The notes beneath the pieces were generated by a model, which was not told the DNA's origin, made no database searches, and saw nothing but the letters and a program-made list of their open reading frames with translations. A stretch of DNA of 64,000 nt. It comes from Trichosphaerium sp. ATCC 40318 (Eukaryota > Protista > Tubulinea). Position numbers and translations under genes: made by a program. The DNA lies in contig JALMLS010000091.1 in NCBI GenBank assembly GCA_038496445.1, positions 27,148-91,147 of the forward strand. The letters are read 5' to 3'. Of the stretch, positions 11,882 through 26,263 are shown piece by piece; within the stretch, counting starts at the first letter, position 1, and the number at the start of each line of letters is the position of its first letter.

Positions 11882-13827
11882 TCAGACGTTTGATGCAATA
11901 AGCTTATTTGCTGAAAGTCTGTTTGCAAATACATTTGCTACAACACCTTCTAATATAACGCCTAGAAGTTGAAAAATATAAGTACAAAGGATACTTGCAT
12001 CTAATAAACAAAAAAAGGTCCATCATAAAATAAAAATGTTTTGTCACGTAAACACCCAAACGCTACGCGTAAAATAGATTTTTGAAGTATTTGTCTCACA
12101 TCACAAAAAAAAAAGAAGGAAAATCTGAGTGTCGGACATACTTATTTGTTTTGAATCAATTGCACATGTAGGATGAACAAATATTCTTGCTCCACCTTTA
12201 GTATGAGTGCCAAAGGCCATATGTTTCTTTTTAAAAAACCCAAGAGCCTACAAGACACGTTAACAAGTGAATACTCCATAAAAATGAAACACAGTTGAAA
12301 TAATCGTTATTGTAATCGTAACGCTCTCAATAGTAGCGGAAAATGATCGAGTACCTCAGAGTAACTACTACCAGTGTATTCAGGGTATGTTTTACGTAAT
12401 GTATCACCAGCTTTAATACGCTTGTTTAACAGATCAATTTTGTTTAGAAACAGCACTACGATAGTTGTGCCACCAAACGTATCTCCTGTTACGAGCTATT
12501 AAAAGAATAAACGTCAGTAGTCTGTCAACTTTTTTTTGAACAAAAAAATCAAAACGTTTTTCTCGCTTACCTGTTTCCAAACATCGATAGATTCCTCTAG
12601 TTTAGTTTGCCCAGGTGTGTCAGATTGCACATCCCAGCAATCAATAGCAGAAACGTAAATGGTAGCACGAACAGCACTAAAACAAGAAAAGTTAGTGTTT
12701 TGAGACAGAGCACGTAAAAAATGTCCTAAAACGCACTCTGTAAAACAGTTTATCCATTTCCTACGTTCACTTCTTTGACCACCAACGTCTATGACGTTCC
12801 ATGTAAACCTAAATATACCAATAAGATAATGGTGAGGAGATAAAGCGCCAAAATAGCCAAGAAAAAGAGTAAAAAGAGTAAAACGTTTCGAAAGTTGCAG
12901 TTTGGCGCAAAATATTTACCTATCCATTTTAAACCCGGTCTCATCAACTCCAGTAGATACAATGCCAGTAGTACGTTGTCTAGCAAGCAGCATATCTTGT
13001 GTTGAAGGAATCCAATCCTTATTTATGTCAAGACCTAGCCAGTGCTCTAATGTGAGCACGGTACTATCTCTATCAATTTTACATATCTGGTATGCAGCTT
13101 TAAACCCTTGTTTTTGTGTTAATCCAATTTTAAGCACAAAAGTCTTCAAATAGCCTTACCAACGTCAGAAAATATCTGTTTACATGCTCTAATCCTCTCA
13201 TAAGCTCCTTCTTCGTCATCAAACATACCAAAAGCGTTTGTGCTTGTGATTAAATCTCTTAGGTGTTTATTTTTCCTCTTCGTTTTAAGTCCTCTCTCTG
13301 TTGCCTTTGTTAACACTAGTTGCGTTGCGGCTATAATATTGCTGCAAATAATATTTTTGGTTGTTTTTCTGTCATTGTCTGTGAATCCTCCTGCAAAGCG
13401 TAGGCGCATCTGTTTAACTAATATGTAGTCAGATTTAAAAGTTATTACGGAGTTGAGTTTTTTAAACTGAATCAGAATTACCGCTTGTGGTGTTTAGTTA
13501 AAAAAAGAACGATTTGGCTACTAGTTGCACTAACACACTTTTTTAGGAAGACTGTGAGCGCAAATTCGTCAAATAGCCGCAAAACTTGTCGTTAGCGTAA
13601 TAAACGCTCTTGGATGCATTATGATGAGAAAAAGTAGTTTTGGGTTGAGCGTTGTGGTTTCTAAATTGAAAACAAAAAGCAAACGTACCAACAGTAGATT
13701 TACCACCAGAGCTTGTTCCAAGCATTAGAACATTTATTGTTTGAGCTCTTAACTTCTTTGTTGCGCGAAGCTCCTCGCTAATTTCAACATGACGTGAATT
13801 CCGCTTACCAGATCCCAGAGTGCACAT
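11882..13827 (-). CDS. Heterotrimeric G-protein alpha subunit (divergent)
   Basis: G1 LMLGTSSGGKST, G2 ARQRTTGI, G3 DVGGQRSERRKWINCF, G4 LFLNKID, G5 TCAID, across about 7 exons. Confidence 0.92.
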
Positions 13828-14416
13828 GCTGCTTATTGGTCTAAGATTAGAAAATTATAATACAGAGTTTGACTGCTTTGGTCAATTTGAGTTTTCTACA
13901 ACTAGTTTTTCTTTCTAACCAAGTGCGTACGTTATATTGGTAGACGTTAAACATGCATAAAGCAAAGACTGCCAAAAAGGGAAATAAATGTACGAACCAC
14001 ACGTTCACAAGTTCCTATTATCTTGAATTGGGTTACTTTTTAACGTTGCATTAAAGGTGCGCTGCTTTACAGGACAGTTTTGTCTGTTATGCAAGTGAAG
14101 ATATCCGGAAAAACCAAAACAGTATTTAATGCAGGTGAACTACCTCTTTTCTTGATATCTCGCCTAAAGCACGTACTAGCTCAAGGAATGTATAGGAGCT
14201 ACGTTATTACTGTTATATTCAACTTACACCAAAACGATATAAACACACAGTGGGTGGGCGCGAAGTGGCTATTGTCACTCATTTTTGAATTCTATTTCTA
14301 GCTTTTGTGTACCACTCTATTAAGAGTATTTTTACCCGAAAACACAAAAATGTTAACTTGATTTCTTTTTATGGCCTGACAAGGCGAAAAAATTGTCAGG
14401 TTTTTTTTTTGGTTTA

Positions 14417-17400
14417 TTATTTCTTTACAGCAGAGCTGTAGTGATATTGTACATTACTTGAACTATTACGACGAAGTTCATGTATAGGTGGAGTCGTATG
14501 TAAGTATTTTTTAATACTTGCTTTCAAGTCCGATAGTCTCACAGGTTTACAAAGAAAGTCGTTCATACCTAAAGGTGATGTGAGTAAGAAAAAAACAAGA
14601 AAAAGTTATTATAAGTTACCAAAATTTTTTTGGTTTTCTTTTTGATTCACAAGGTACGTACCAGCTTTCAATGCAATTTTACGCTGCTCTACTACTGCAT
14701 GTGCTGAAATAGCAATAATAGGTGTGCGAATACCTGCATCTCGCATCTTTTGCGTTGTTTCTATGCCGTTCAGTATAGGCATTGAAATATCCATTAATAT
14801 TAAATCAAACGATTCTAAAAAAAAGAGGTAAATTCAGGGTTTCCAACAAAACCAGTACAGCAATGCCACATACCTCGATAAACAATATCAAGAGCTTGTT
14901 TACCATTCATAGCGAATGTAACACCTTTTATACATGAGATACCCCGTAGCATACGCTTGAGTATAGTTTGATTCACAATATTGTCCTGTAAAAGAGAAAA
15001 TCAACAACTTGAGTTTTAGTAGCAAATAATAAAAAAGTCTGCTCATGACATACCTCTGCTACAAGGACTCTATACTGACCAGGTTTATGTGGAGGCTTAC
15101 TTACTTTGGCACTCCGAGCTCTACCTAAGAAAACATAGATGAGTAATTGCTCAACAAAGTGCAATGTAAAACTTGACAGTCGAAAGAAAGAAACTATGTA
15201 TTGTGACGTACTCAGGCCAACTATTGTATGTGGAGCCCCTGGACCACTAAATGATCTTATTGGTTTAGGCCCTTCAGGCACCATCATTGTGTGCTCTACA
15301 CGTCCAGTCAATTTAGTCAATTTATTCAATTTATTCGGTTTATTCAATTTTTTCACTAAAAGACGAATAAAGACAAAGAATGGATTGAAAGAATTTGATC
15401 CAAAGAAAGAATAATTAATATTTACGTACCTGATGCTGCCTTTCTCAGTTTTCGTTTAGAAAACTGACTAGTAACTAGATGCTCTTTATATGGTAAGAAT
15501 GCATAAAAAGTGCAACCCTTTTGAGCTCCAGCACTAAAAACCTTTGAGTTAGAACCAAAAAAAAAAACCAAGAAACTTTCGAGAAACAACAAGAAAAATC
15601 AACATACCTGTATAAATATAGACTACCTCCCATCGCCTCACAAAGACGCCTTACAATAGTCAATCCTAACCCCGTACCTCCGTATTCTCTAGGGGTTGAC
15701 ATTTGGGCCTGTAGTTGTATTAGTCAGATATTAAAGTATTTATGACGTGTGGCCGTTCTTACCTGTACAAATGGTTTGAATACATCCGCTTGGCTCTCTT
15801 TTGAAATACCGATACCTAAGTCACGCACATGAAAGCGCATGTATAGTTTAACGCCCTTTTTAAGGTACTTTTTGATTTTCTTCGGAGATATTTCTGGAAG
15901 ATTTGGTAATGCCTCGTTAAGGATATGATCATCACCAGGTGTATTACGAACAATGGAAGCACCAATGGTGACATAATCACCATCATTTGAGAACTTTATG
16001 GCGTTTGACAAAAGGTTGATCAAAATTTGTTTAATACGATATCGATCGCCCTAGGTTACGTATATTGTTAGTAATTACTCTGTAGTACATACCAAACAAA
16101 ATGGGAACATTGTAGATTGATCTTACCTTGAAATAGTGAGGTGCGCTTGACGGTACGCTTTTTTGTAGATTAATATTCATCTTTAACGCTTGTGGCGCTA
16201 CAACACCACATACATTCGATAGGATACTATAGATATGTACAGTCCCTTCTTCTATTCTTATATTACCAGCTTCTATCTTGCTTACATCAAGTATATTGTT
16301 GATAATATGCTAAAGCAACAAACCAAAGAGTAAGTAATCACTTGTCTTTGTAAGGAAAGTCAAGAAAAAAAAACAAATAAAAAACGCACGAGTAGACTTT
16401 GTGAGCAGTTAAGTACGATTGATATGAACTTATCCATATCACTCGATACAAGTGATGTATCTTGCATAATGTCTATAGCACCAATAATACCAAATAACGG
16501 CGTTCTGTAACAAAAAAAGTCAACAAAAAAAAATATGGTAACAAGAAGCCGTTTTTGGCTGTTATGCCTGTTTACGTGTACCAAAAATGTTGTATTAGTT
16601 TACGCACCTTATCTCATGACTCATCTTACATAGAAAGTCCGTTTTATGCTGATTTGCAAGCTTGAGTTCTCCCATCAGTTTTTTTTGTAGAGTTTGAAAA
16701 ATTATGTTTAGAAAGACAGTAAACACTAGAGTCTCCCATATCATTATTGATAGTTCACTACTTCAGGATTAAGAAATAAAGCGCTAACAAGTTCGTAAAA
16801 CTTACGGTGATGTATCAACACCCACTCTACGCAACTGGTATGTGCATAAGAACCCAGCTAAAGTGCCAATAGAAGAAACTACAACTGGTATATTTTCGTT
16901 CGGAAACGCTACAACTACGGTTAAAAACACGTACGACGCAATTGGCAAATTAGGAATTATAATCAACCCGAGCCCGAGTTGTCAGAAAATGGTTTACACT
17001 ACGTACGTAAAACGCAGCCGGGTAGTTGCCAAAACACGACAGAGTGCAATAACCAAGTGTTTGAACTCCCAATGATGATGGTTCGTGCTAGGGAGTTCGC
17101 CCAATAAAGGAAAACTAAGAAAATGCCTATTTGCAAGTCAGGTTGTTGCGTTATGAGTTTATAGTTATCATACCAGATGTTCGCGTATTTATTTTAGCGT
17201 GTTCTATTATGATCGACACTGTTGAAGCAAGAATAAGTTCCAGTGCATCTAATCCAATTGACAGATACGTCTCACTTCTGTACAGTGCATAAACGAACTT
17301 GAGAACGACAAATAGAAGCCAACATCGACTTATACTTGATTGGGCCCAAAGATATCTGGACCTAGACTCCACATGAGGAAATCATCAAGAGCATAATAAA

Positions 17401-17662
17401 AACAGTTTTCCGTGGCGCGTTTTTCAGTACAAACAGAAAAAATGTGCTTGCAAAAAAAAACGCATGCTGCGTGTGCCCGGAAATGAATAGACGGATAGTG
17501 CAACTAGAATCCAGTAGCGCAGGAGTACGTTGAAGACAAAGGGAGTTGTGGAGTTACGCACTCTGTTGAAGAGCTCTTTGTTTCTGCACTTGATCGAGAC
17601 GTATTACTTTTAGTTTCTATCGTGTACACGCTTTTTCGAAAGCCCGTTTGCCTCTTTGACAT
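14417..17662 (-). CDS. Hybrid sensor histidine kinase (N-terminal TM helices, HisKA, HATPase, receiver)
   Basis: H-box [16 protein letters not shown]-box [14 protein letters not shown]1 [10 protein letters not shown]2 [10 protein letters not shown], receiver [11 protein letters not shown] and [10 protein letters not shown]. Start codon is tentative. Confidence 0.92.
15309..15356 (-). repeat. Short 9-nt tandem repeat (about 5 copies) in the histidine kinase linker
   Basis: aatttagtc/aatttattc/aatttattc/ggtttattc/aattttttc, encoding [15 protein letters not shown]. Confidence 0.6.
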
Positions 17663-18339
17663 TTCACGTTACTGTACTCTCCGTGGGCTACACCATACAA
17701 CGATTGTTTGAGTACTGGCCAAACGGAGTTAGAGGCTAGGCCTGCGGTGTTTAACTTTAGAAATAGAATGACTCGGTGTTTTTGAAAAACTCCATCTAGA
17801 CTTACGATAGGAGGCTTTGCTATATTACTTCACAAGCACTACTATGGAGTAACAACCCAATTGACCTTGCAATTACTGAAAACTACTAAAAAACTCCCTG
17901 TTTGTATAAAAAGCTACAGGCGGCATTAAAGGTATATTCACGCGACTTGTAGTGCGGTAACTCTTTCTGTTTTAAGTGAAATTTGCGTTTGCGTGTCAAT
18001 GTGATCATACTCACTCTTGTACAACGCCTACGGGTTCGGAAAAGTCCTGTGTAGTGCGCAACATTTCAAACTCAGTATGTGGCTCATTTAATCCTGAACA
18101 GACAGGTACACCATTAAAAATACGTCCTGATAATGCGTTTACATACCTGATGGTACAATCGATGCTAAGGAGAAGTTGTCATGATGTAAAGCTTGTTTAA
18201 AGACTAATTTGAAACTTTTTGACGTAATGATGTCGCCAACCTACACAAAAAAGGAGTTAATCTCCTTACATTCCTATTGTGGAGAGAAGCGAACTAACCA
18301 TAGCGCACAACAGCGCTATAAAAGCCAGTGTGCGCTTAT

Positions 18340-19190
18340 ATAGTGTTTTTCCGTGATAGTATTTGTATGCTGTAACGCAATCAATCCATATGTCTTTAAA
18401 CGCGTTTGTGAGAATAGGTATTGTTTCCGTCGAGTCGCCTAAAATAGATTACAAGTCACTTTTTCTATTTTCAAAAAGTGCCAAGTGTCAATCAACGTAC
18501 TACTCTTGTAAGATACTCGAATCAGGTTACCATGTTCTATTGCACGTCCAGTAATGTTGTGATTGATAATACGGCTTTGAAGTAAAGAAAACAGCGTCGG
18601 CAGAGGTTCTATACCTAAACGTCAAATCCAAAGTAATTTTTCCCCACTACCAAATCGGTAAGTTTAAAAGTGACGCCAAGCTATCACGTGCGGAAACTTG
18701 TGGCTGCAAATAAGTACCTCTTTACTGCTAAACGCTACTGTCGCTGTTGATTCATAAACACCGAGATCGTTGCCACTAGCAACACAATTTGTAATTCGAA
18801 AATTAAAATTGTTCATAAAATCGGCTGTAACAAGCTCTTCTCCAAGTACTTTCTTCCACTGGAAAGTTTGACACCAATCTTTAAGGTTTGGCTTCCATAT
18901 ATCACTTTCTATGTATGAATATGCTTGTTTATCTACTAACCATGTTGCCAGGCGTGTCAAGCCTAAATTAAAAAATAAAATTGGTAACAAAAAACGCGTG
19001 GACTTTAGATACCTTCTCTCTTTGTGAAGTCTGTCTCCTTGCATGTCACTGACGCAATATTAAAACCAACGAAGCAATCCTTTACAATCTCTCTTGCGGC
19101 GCCACATGTCTGCGAAAATGATGCACGTGATGACCACGGCGTACACTGTAGTATACAGGTCCAAACTTCCAACGGTAGAAGTGTCAACAT
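18340..19190 (-). CDS. F-box-like hypothetical protein (3' exons uncertain)
   Basis: MLTLLPLEVWTCILQCTPWSSRASFSQTC is F-box-like; a short intron joins it to ORF 18664-19044. Confidence 0.5.
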
Positions 19191-19934
19191 TAAGCACGGA
19201 AATGTCAGCTTTTAACGACTTATGTGAAACGTTTTAGACTCCCGTGTATTTTATAATATGCCCTATACACGCTCGTTGTCTAACAGCGATTATAATAGCG
19301 TCTGTACACCAGCCATTTTTCCCGCCTAATTTGAGTTAAGTTCGTATACCTTTCTAACTTCTTTATCAACGCAATAACTCAGCAACGTATGTATTATTTT
19401 CTACATTTATTGGCGTTAGAGCAGTTTTACGCATTTTCAAGCATTAATAGTTTTTAGTGCGTTAAAAAACGTAACAATGGCTGATGACCGTTCGTACTAT
19501 GCAAGAGGGGCACGTTTACGAGTAATTTTAATGTATTTTGTCTGTAGCGCATGTATATAATCTGATAAGGAGTCCTAGCCTTTGAAAGTGCTCCTGCTTG
19601 CAGGTTGTATTTTACTGGCAAATAAACCAGGTGGTTAGGCTTACAGTTGATGAGGATTATGCACACACAAGTTTTGGACATTCCCGAGTAGAGGCTTGGA
19701 GGTAAGCTCGCAATTACCCCTTGCGAGCGTGTGACTGCTTTAGTCTTCGCAAGGAGGCTATTTACGCTTATGCGGCATCAACACTTTAAACCAACTCCCT
19801 CATCTCACGTCCTAAACCGACGTTATTCGTAGGGCCCACGAATAACGTCGGGATGAGTGTGGTGTCTAACAAGACTATTTTACAACTGAATTGCGAACGT
19901 GCTTTTAGAGTGTTAACACTCTTTTTAGGAGCCA

Positions 19935-20174
19935 ATGCTAGACTTATTGCAAGAAGCTGATGATGAAATAAAGAAACTAAAGGCAGAACTTGCAAAATCA
20001 CGCACAGAAAACAACACACTTAAACGGAAACTCACAGTACTTAAAACACATGATAAAAAGTGGAAGAAACGAGCTAAGACGCTTTTCAATGAGAAAAAAG
20101 CTGTACAGGAAGCAAGGAAAGCTCTTGATGATTATCTAGTTTGTGATTCAGATAGTGAAGAATGGTCCGAGTAA
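19935..20174 (+). CDS. Small coiled-coil hypothetical protein
   Basis: 79-aa ATG ORF with heptad, K/E-rich composition, followed by an AT-rich 3' end with aataaa. Confidence 0.5.
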   Translation: MLDLLQEADDEIKKLKAELAKSRTENNTLKRKLTVLKTHDKKWKKRAKTLFNEKKAVQEARKALDDYLVCDSDSEEWSE

Positions 20175-20727
20175 ACAAATAATTTTTTCTGTCTTGTAAC
20201 ATAAAATAAAATGTAAAATAGTTAATTAACGAACAGTGCACTTATGTAATAGAAAGACTTTTGAAAATCGAGTAGATAACCGAGCAGTTACAGTCAGGGA
20301 ATCGACTCGGATTTGTGGAGACTTTTTTTTACTCGTAATCTCAACTTTCAGCAGAACATTGTGGTTCACTATCAAACTTATATCTTCATAAGAGGCTTGA
20401 GTATCGTGTTGATAATTGAAAGAGTGCATAGCGAAAAATATTGGATACGTGTAGCTGATAGGATCTATAGAAATGTGCCAAAAATTGAGATTAGAGGTAA
20501 TACCATTTTATCAGCAACTTTTTTGATTCACTGGTAGAATACACATTGGAAATCGTCACAAACTGGACTTATTTTGTTTTGCACGTGACATTTTAAATCT
20601 CACTTTAACACGTAATGTTGCCCATGAAAATCTTTGTAGGTTGATTATATTATTTTACAGCAACAGTTTTATGTAAGAAAACACAGAAAAATTTTTCTCA
20701 CTTTCTTTGGTTTTCGCTTCTTTGTTA

Positions 20728-23156
20728 TTACTTGTCAATAAATGAGACTAATTTTTCAACCAAGCGAGTAACAAGCCGGTTTGATTTGAATGATTTACCA
20801 CCCGTGTAGATATTTTTAAAGTGGCGTGTAGCTGCACTGTAAATAGTCCCAAAAAATAGAGCAAATGCTGTACAACTCATTGTAATTACGTTGTATGGCA
20901 TACCTAACGCCGTTAGCATTAACCAAACCAAGTTATAAAAAAACCCTGACGGTAGTGTTTTAATTGGTTATAGGCTTGAAACACCGCACTCAAAGGACTG
21001 GCACAGGTAGTGGCGCAATTTTTTTTTGTAGAATGAGTTTCACAGCAACGTACTGAAATCTGGGTTAGGCAATGAGACTGTCAAGCCATCTGTATACATT
21101 CTTCTAGAAATAATATGCTGTGTAGTTCGCTTGTAAAGCAAAGGAGACCATTCGTCATCTAAAAACGCATCCTGTTGCGAAGAAGCTTTCTGCTTTACTA
21201 CAATCATAGCTGGTGGTAAATCAAATCCTCTAATTACGAGTCAAAATCAACTACGCGAGTAAAAGTTAGACTACTTGCCTGTGGGAATCTGGAGGAAACT
21301 CTGTCCAATGCATAAAAGCTCTATCAAAGGATATACGGATACTCAGCGTAGAGTGTGCCGGCAAGGTGAACGAAAATTCGAAGATAGTTGGTTTCTTACG
21401 ATCTTCACTTGGTTCTAAGCGCACAGAGGATAGAATAGACTTTACAAGAAGGAGTATAAGTAGTGAGAACGCCACTCAAACAAAATAGTTTCTTGCATCT
21501 ACGTACCTTCATTTCAGGGACATGTGTACCATTCACGAATGTTTTCATTGTGTGGAAGTAAAATTTAACAAACCAAGGCACGTAGTTAAAGAAATCCACG
21601 TCAACAGCATTATTTCCCCTAGCAAACTGAATGAGAATTAAAAAACAGCCAAAAAAGGTCTGTTTATAAACAGCACAGTTTCCAAAAAAATTCCTGTTGT
21701 GCGTTTTCTTTGTACCTGTTCAAAAAATCTATCGCAAATCCACCAGATTGCTGTCCGTGACCAGTTAAGTGTCTTCTTACAGTGAATAAAGGCTTTGCTG
21801 TATCAATACGATCTTTAACTTTAAATGACAAGGAGAGAGGCTTTTCTCTCTTCGTCAAGTCAAAAGCTACAAGATCACCTCGTTGCTCTGGGTTTGCTGT
21901 AGCACTTATCTCAATTTTATCACCTTTGTGTTCATAATTAGCTAAAAAGCTAACTATACATTTAACCGTACTAGGATGAGCAATGTAAATCATTGAATTT
22001 GTAGCGAGAGGGCAAGGCTTAACCGATTTCGCGTTCAATAAATCTTTAAGCGAAATACTATTTTTCTTCGTTTTTGGTGTTGCCAAGATCAATGTAAGTG
22101 TTTGTACAAGTTCTAGAGATACTTTTTTGCAATCCTAAATGAAGAATAAGAGTGTTATAGATTGACGATAAAGGTTTGTTGGTAACTGGGTTTTACCTCA
22201 TCTGAGCACGTAGGACGAAAGTGTAATCCCATGGAATGATACTTTGCATTGTAGAGCTTCTTAGGAGGACTCATTAAGGCAGCTAAGCCGCCTTGAGATC
22301 GGCAAGGAAGCAATTTTAGCCATGGAGAAATATTCTCTATGCAAACAGCTTCACCAGGTAATAAACCATGTTTGAATTGCGCATGAGTCACTAGAAACAA
22401 TCATAGAGTTAGATATTCACTTATCAGCAAACATAAAGAAAACAAAGATGTCGTACTTCCTTGGTACATGTTGCTCCTTCCAGTGTGAGAATACGCTGTG
22501 TAAGGTACCGCTATTGTGGTATTTTGCAACGCTGATAATGATGTGCAAAATAACCCACCAAGTGACTATTTGATCTTGAGCGTTATGAATATCCAGATTA
22601 ACTACTGCGTACTTGTGTTAATGTTGCCCATTTATCATCTAGAGTCTTCGTATTGTCATTTGTAAACCAAGCAGCAAGTTCAGCGCCTACGTGTCAAAAT
22701 GATTTAGTTTTGTTATGACAAGTACTTGAACAGGTACTATCATATTCTATTTACGGTGTATGTACCTGCTGGCGCTGGAAAAGGTGGATTACCCCAACTA
22801 ATTTAAAAATCAATTTATTTAACTAACAATCGCCACGCACCGATCATACATCCATCGTCCTTGCGTCATAGTCAAATGTAACTCCTGCAATCCGAATTCG
22901 TTCAAAATTGTCCCTGCGGCCTTTGGAAACAACGTATAGTGTTTAACTAGCATCAATAAGTATATAGCGCGTATATAAGTGTTTTATCAGTACAAAGAGT
23001 ATCTGCCTTGTCTTGTGGGCTCCACTGTACAGTAAACTGAAAGTGAGCCATCACATCACCATGTTTCAAGGGTTTTAGGAGGAGTTCCTCTGAGAAAACC
23101 TCGCTGCATAGTACAAATGCAATCAAGTAAGCGAAAACAACGGCTAGTAGGCGCAT
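20728..23156 (-). CDS. PIGT: GPI transamidase component PIG-T/Gpi16
   Basis: FSEELLLKPL...AHFQF, LFPKA, LHLTMTQGRW, LPGEAVCIENISPWLKLLPC, WTEFPPDSHRGFDLPPA, LPNPDFSMPYNVITMSCT. Confidence 0.95.
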
Positions 23157-23418
23157 TTGGTATCCTTGGAGAAACTATTTAAATTTGCGCTTAACTCTAG
23201 TTGTTTATTGTATCCAACGTTCAAAAACAGTTTTCCAACGCTCGGTAATCACGTGGTTCAGTTGATTAACCACTACTGCCGAAACAATCTTTCTTAGCCC
23301 AAAAAAAAGGTCAAACTACTTAACTTAAAAACTACAAGTCGTGTTTATTTTACATTAATAACTGTCACCTGTTATCCTAGCAGCTACAAGGTGCCGACGC
23401 ATTCACATAGTGTTTTTT

Positions 23419-25898
23419 ATGCAATCCAAAACTCTCCTCATTGCAACTGCGTTATTGGCGTGCTTATGCGGCGTCATAGCGAATGGTACACGCTTTTATA
23501 GCTTGTAATGTTTAAACTCGGATTAGTTCGCTTCAACTCCCTCCCATCAGGTGATTATCCGTGCTGGTTACCTCGCGTTATTAGCGCACAACGCTGTACG
23601 CACCGTTTAAAGATTTCATGTGATAACGCTTATTAACTAAACCATCAGATCTACAACAGGATACTCCTGTCAACTATGCCACGTATATTGGATCTCATAA
23701 CTCCTTCTCCTCTGCTTATTATCGCAGAGCCAATCTACCTCAATTTCTTCCTGAAGGCTATTACAATCAAGAATTCAATATAACTCAACAGCTTAACTGG
23801 GGTGCACGTTGGATAGGTACGCAGAAAGAAAAAACAAAACCAGTTAAAAAAAGTAATTCATGTAACACTTCACTTCAGAGCTCGATTTGCATTACACGGC
23901 TCATCCAGATTTTGGAACTGACGATATCCGAATTTGCCACACTGATCCTGATGTGTACGATATCTGTTATGCTACACCATTTAATCGTACGTCTTGTCAC
24001 TTAAAGCAGCTTCCATAAATGTCAAAAAAAAAAGAAAAATGCGGTGCTTGCCTCTTGTTTTCGGATTTGATTTTTTAAGTCTAGAACTCTGTTTATGGAT
24101 AGATACTTATTCTCTAATTATTTTTCTTTAGAGGATGTATCTATATCTTGCACTGCTTATGACTTCATCGATTATGGAGTACAGGGAACTGGATGCCTTC
24201 CAGTTGATCCTACCTTTGATGTAATGCTCACTGAGATTAATGATTGGTTGGATAATTTTTATGCCACAGAATATGATACTTATGCTGCTGATGAAAGATC
24301 ACCTGAGGTAACAACCTCTTAGACGAAAGAAGCGCCTATTTTCTTATATTTTTTTGTAGGTTGTTTTGGTTGAACTTGATACGACAATTTTTGGTCAAGG
24401 CCTTGATACTGCAACAGAGTATGTAGCGTTTTGCTTCTTTTTTTTAAATAAATTGTTTCGCCTCTTTCTCTTTTGCTAACAACTCTCAAAAGGAATCGAA
24501 TTCGAAATGACATTTTTGCAACGATTGCTAACCATCCTATCATGTCAAAGGTGCTCCTCTATTTTAATTATTACCTACATCAAGGCTATTCTAATCCTTT
24601 TTTTTTTGTAGACCTTCAATAGATCAAGTATTGTTGATCCTTCTGCACGCCCAGTAATATGGCCTACGCCTAACGAGATGCAAGCAATTGGTAAATCTGT
24701 AGTATTTATCACTACTATCAATGGACCAATATCTGAGTACGTAACAGTAATAGCACTGGTATTTGCTTACTTTGTTTTAAACTAGTATTTCCTTCAACCC
24801 AATTTCAACTGCCCAAATCGCAAGCATTGACACTAATGTTGCCAACCATGGGAGAGGAGTTCCTAGGAATTTGAATTTCGATGATGACGGCACTTGTACT
24901 CACAACGGTGTGGCTGTAGTGAACGGAGATGTTGGTGGGTTTTGCAAAAATAATTTACAAAAAATTTAGCTTAATTTTTTTCTTCTAGCTACTTCCTTCA
25001 GAGAAGATCTTATTGAGTGGTTTATTGGACCTATTGCTATCCTTGATAACAAAGTTGATACAGGAATTTTTCTACCTAACACAACACAAGCCTGTGTACG
25101 TAGTAAGGCACCTGTATTTATCATCTCACCTTATGTAGTACCGCTGTGGTATAATCCCTAAATTCGATCGTATTACAGCAATTAAAATGGCTGAACATTT
25201 ATCTTGGTCGTTCGAGCAGTTTGAACCGCAACCAGGTTTGAACACCCTTATGAGGTGGGAAACAGGTCGTTGGTCTACTAGCGCCTGGGCAACAGCTCAA
25301 GATGATCCAGAGCTCAGAGCTTGTCGTCAAAACGGAGCATCAAACGGTGGTTGGCAAATCGCTAATAGTACCGAACTTGGTATGGATTGCCCAGCCGGTC
25401 ATACATGGGATATCCCACGTAATGCGTTTGACAATAATGCATTATGGCAACTCGCCAAAAGCTTGAATCATGACGTTGGTCTTAGCGATGAGTTTTCGCA
25501 AGCTTTCTGGGGTACTGTTTACAGCATTACTTTGTTACATTAAACTATAGTATACTGACGTGTATTAAGGCACTACTTGTAATGTAATGGTACCACCAAC
25601 AGATACACCTACAGTAGCACCTACAAACCCTGTTTCGCCACCAACAAATGCACCTGTTCAAGTGCAACAAGGTATGTTAAGGCGCATGTTTCCTACCTAG
25701 TTTTTTTTTTCATTGCTAACTTGTTATTTTTTTTTTGTAGATTTCTCCTTCGATTTCTTTAAGTTTAACTTCCCATGGATTATTTGTTTAATCTTTTTAA
25801 TCCTCTTCTTGGTTGTATTCTTTGTCTTCCTTTGCTGGCCAAATCCAGCCCAGAAAAAACTGGAGACGTACGAAATTAAGACACAAAAGGGCCCATAA
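23419..25898 (+). CDS. Secreted, membrane-anchored PI-PLC X-domain phosphodiesterase
   Basis: Signal peptide; YIGSHNSFSS, NQEFNITQQLNWGARWIELDLH; Trp/Cys-rich C-terminal domain; P/T linker; TM WIICLIFLILFLVVFFVFL. Confidence 0.8.
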
Positions 25899-26263
25899 AT
25901 ACATAGACTGAAACTAATTTGAGAGGGCGTTAGGCACTCAATAAACATAACTTATTGTTGTAAATACTTTTCTATATTTGCATTGCACTCATGTAGTGAC
26001 ACTTCACGCGCCACGAAAGGCTTCTCGAAAAACGCAATACACGTGTGAAAAATTCCTCATGAAACTACTTTAACTGAACCGTTCGGGCGTTGTTCTTTTG
26101 CAAGTGCACCGCACGTCGGAACATACAACGATTCGTGCACTGAAAGTTGCTGACAGTGAAGAAAAACTGTAGAGAAAAAAAAAAGTTTTGTGGAAAAATT
26201 TGACTCAAAAAGAATCCAACGACCGCCCCAATTTCTAGACCATTTCGCACATCAATAGCCATA

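Noticed and set aside
17700-18330. Short ORFs upstream of the histidine kinase
   Set aside because: No domain signal; probably promoter or UTR sequence.
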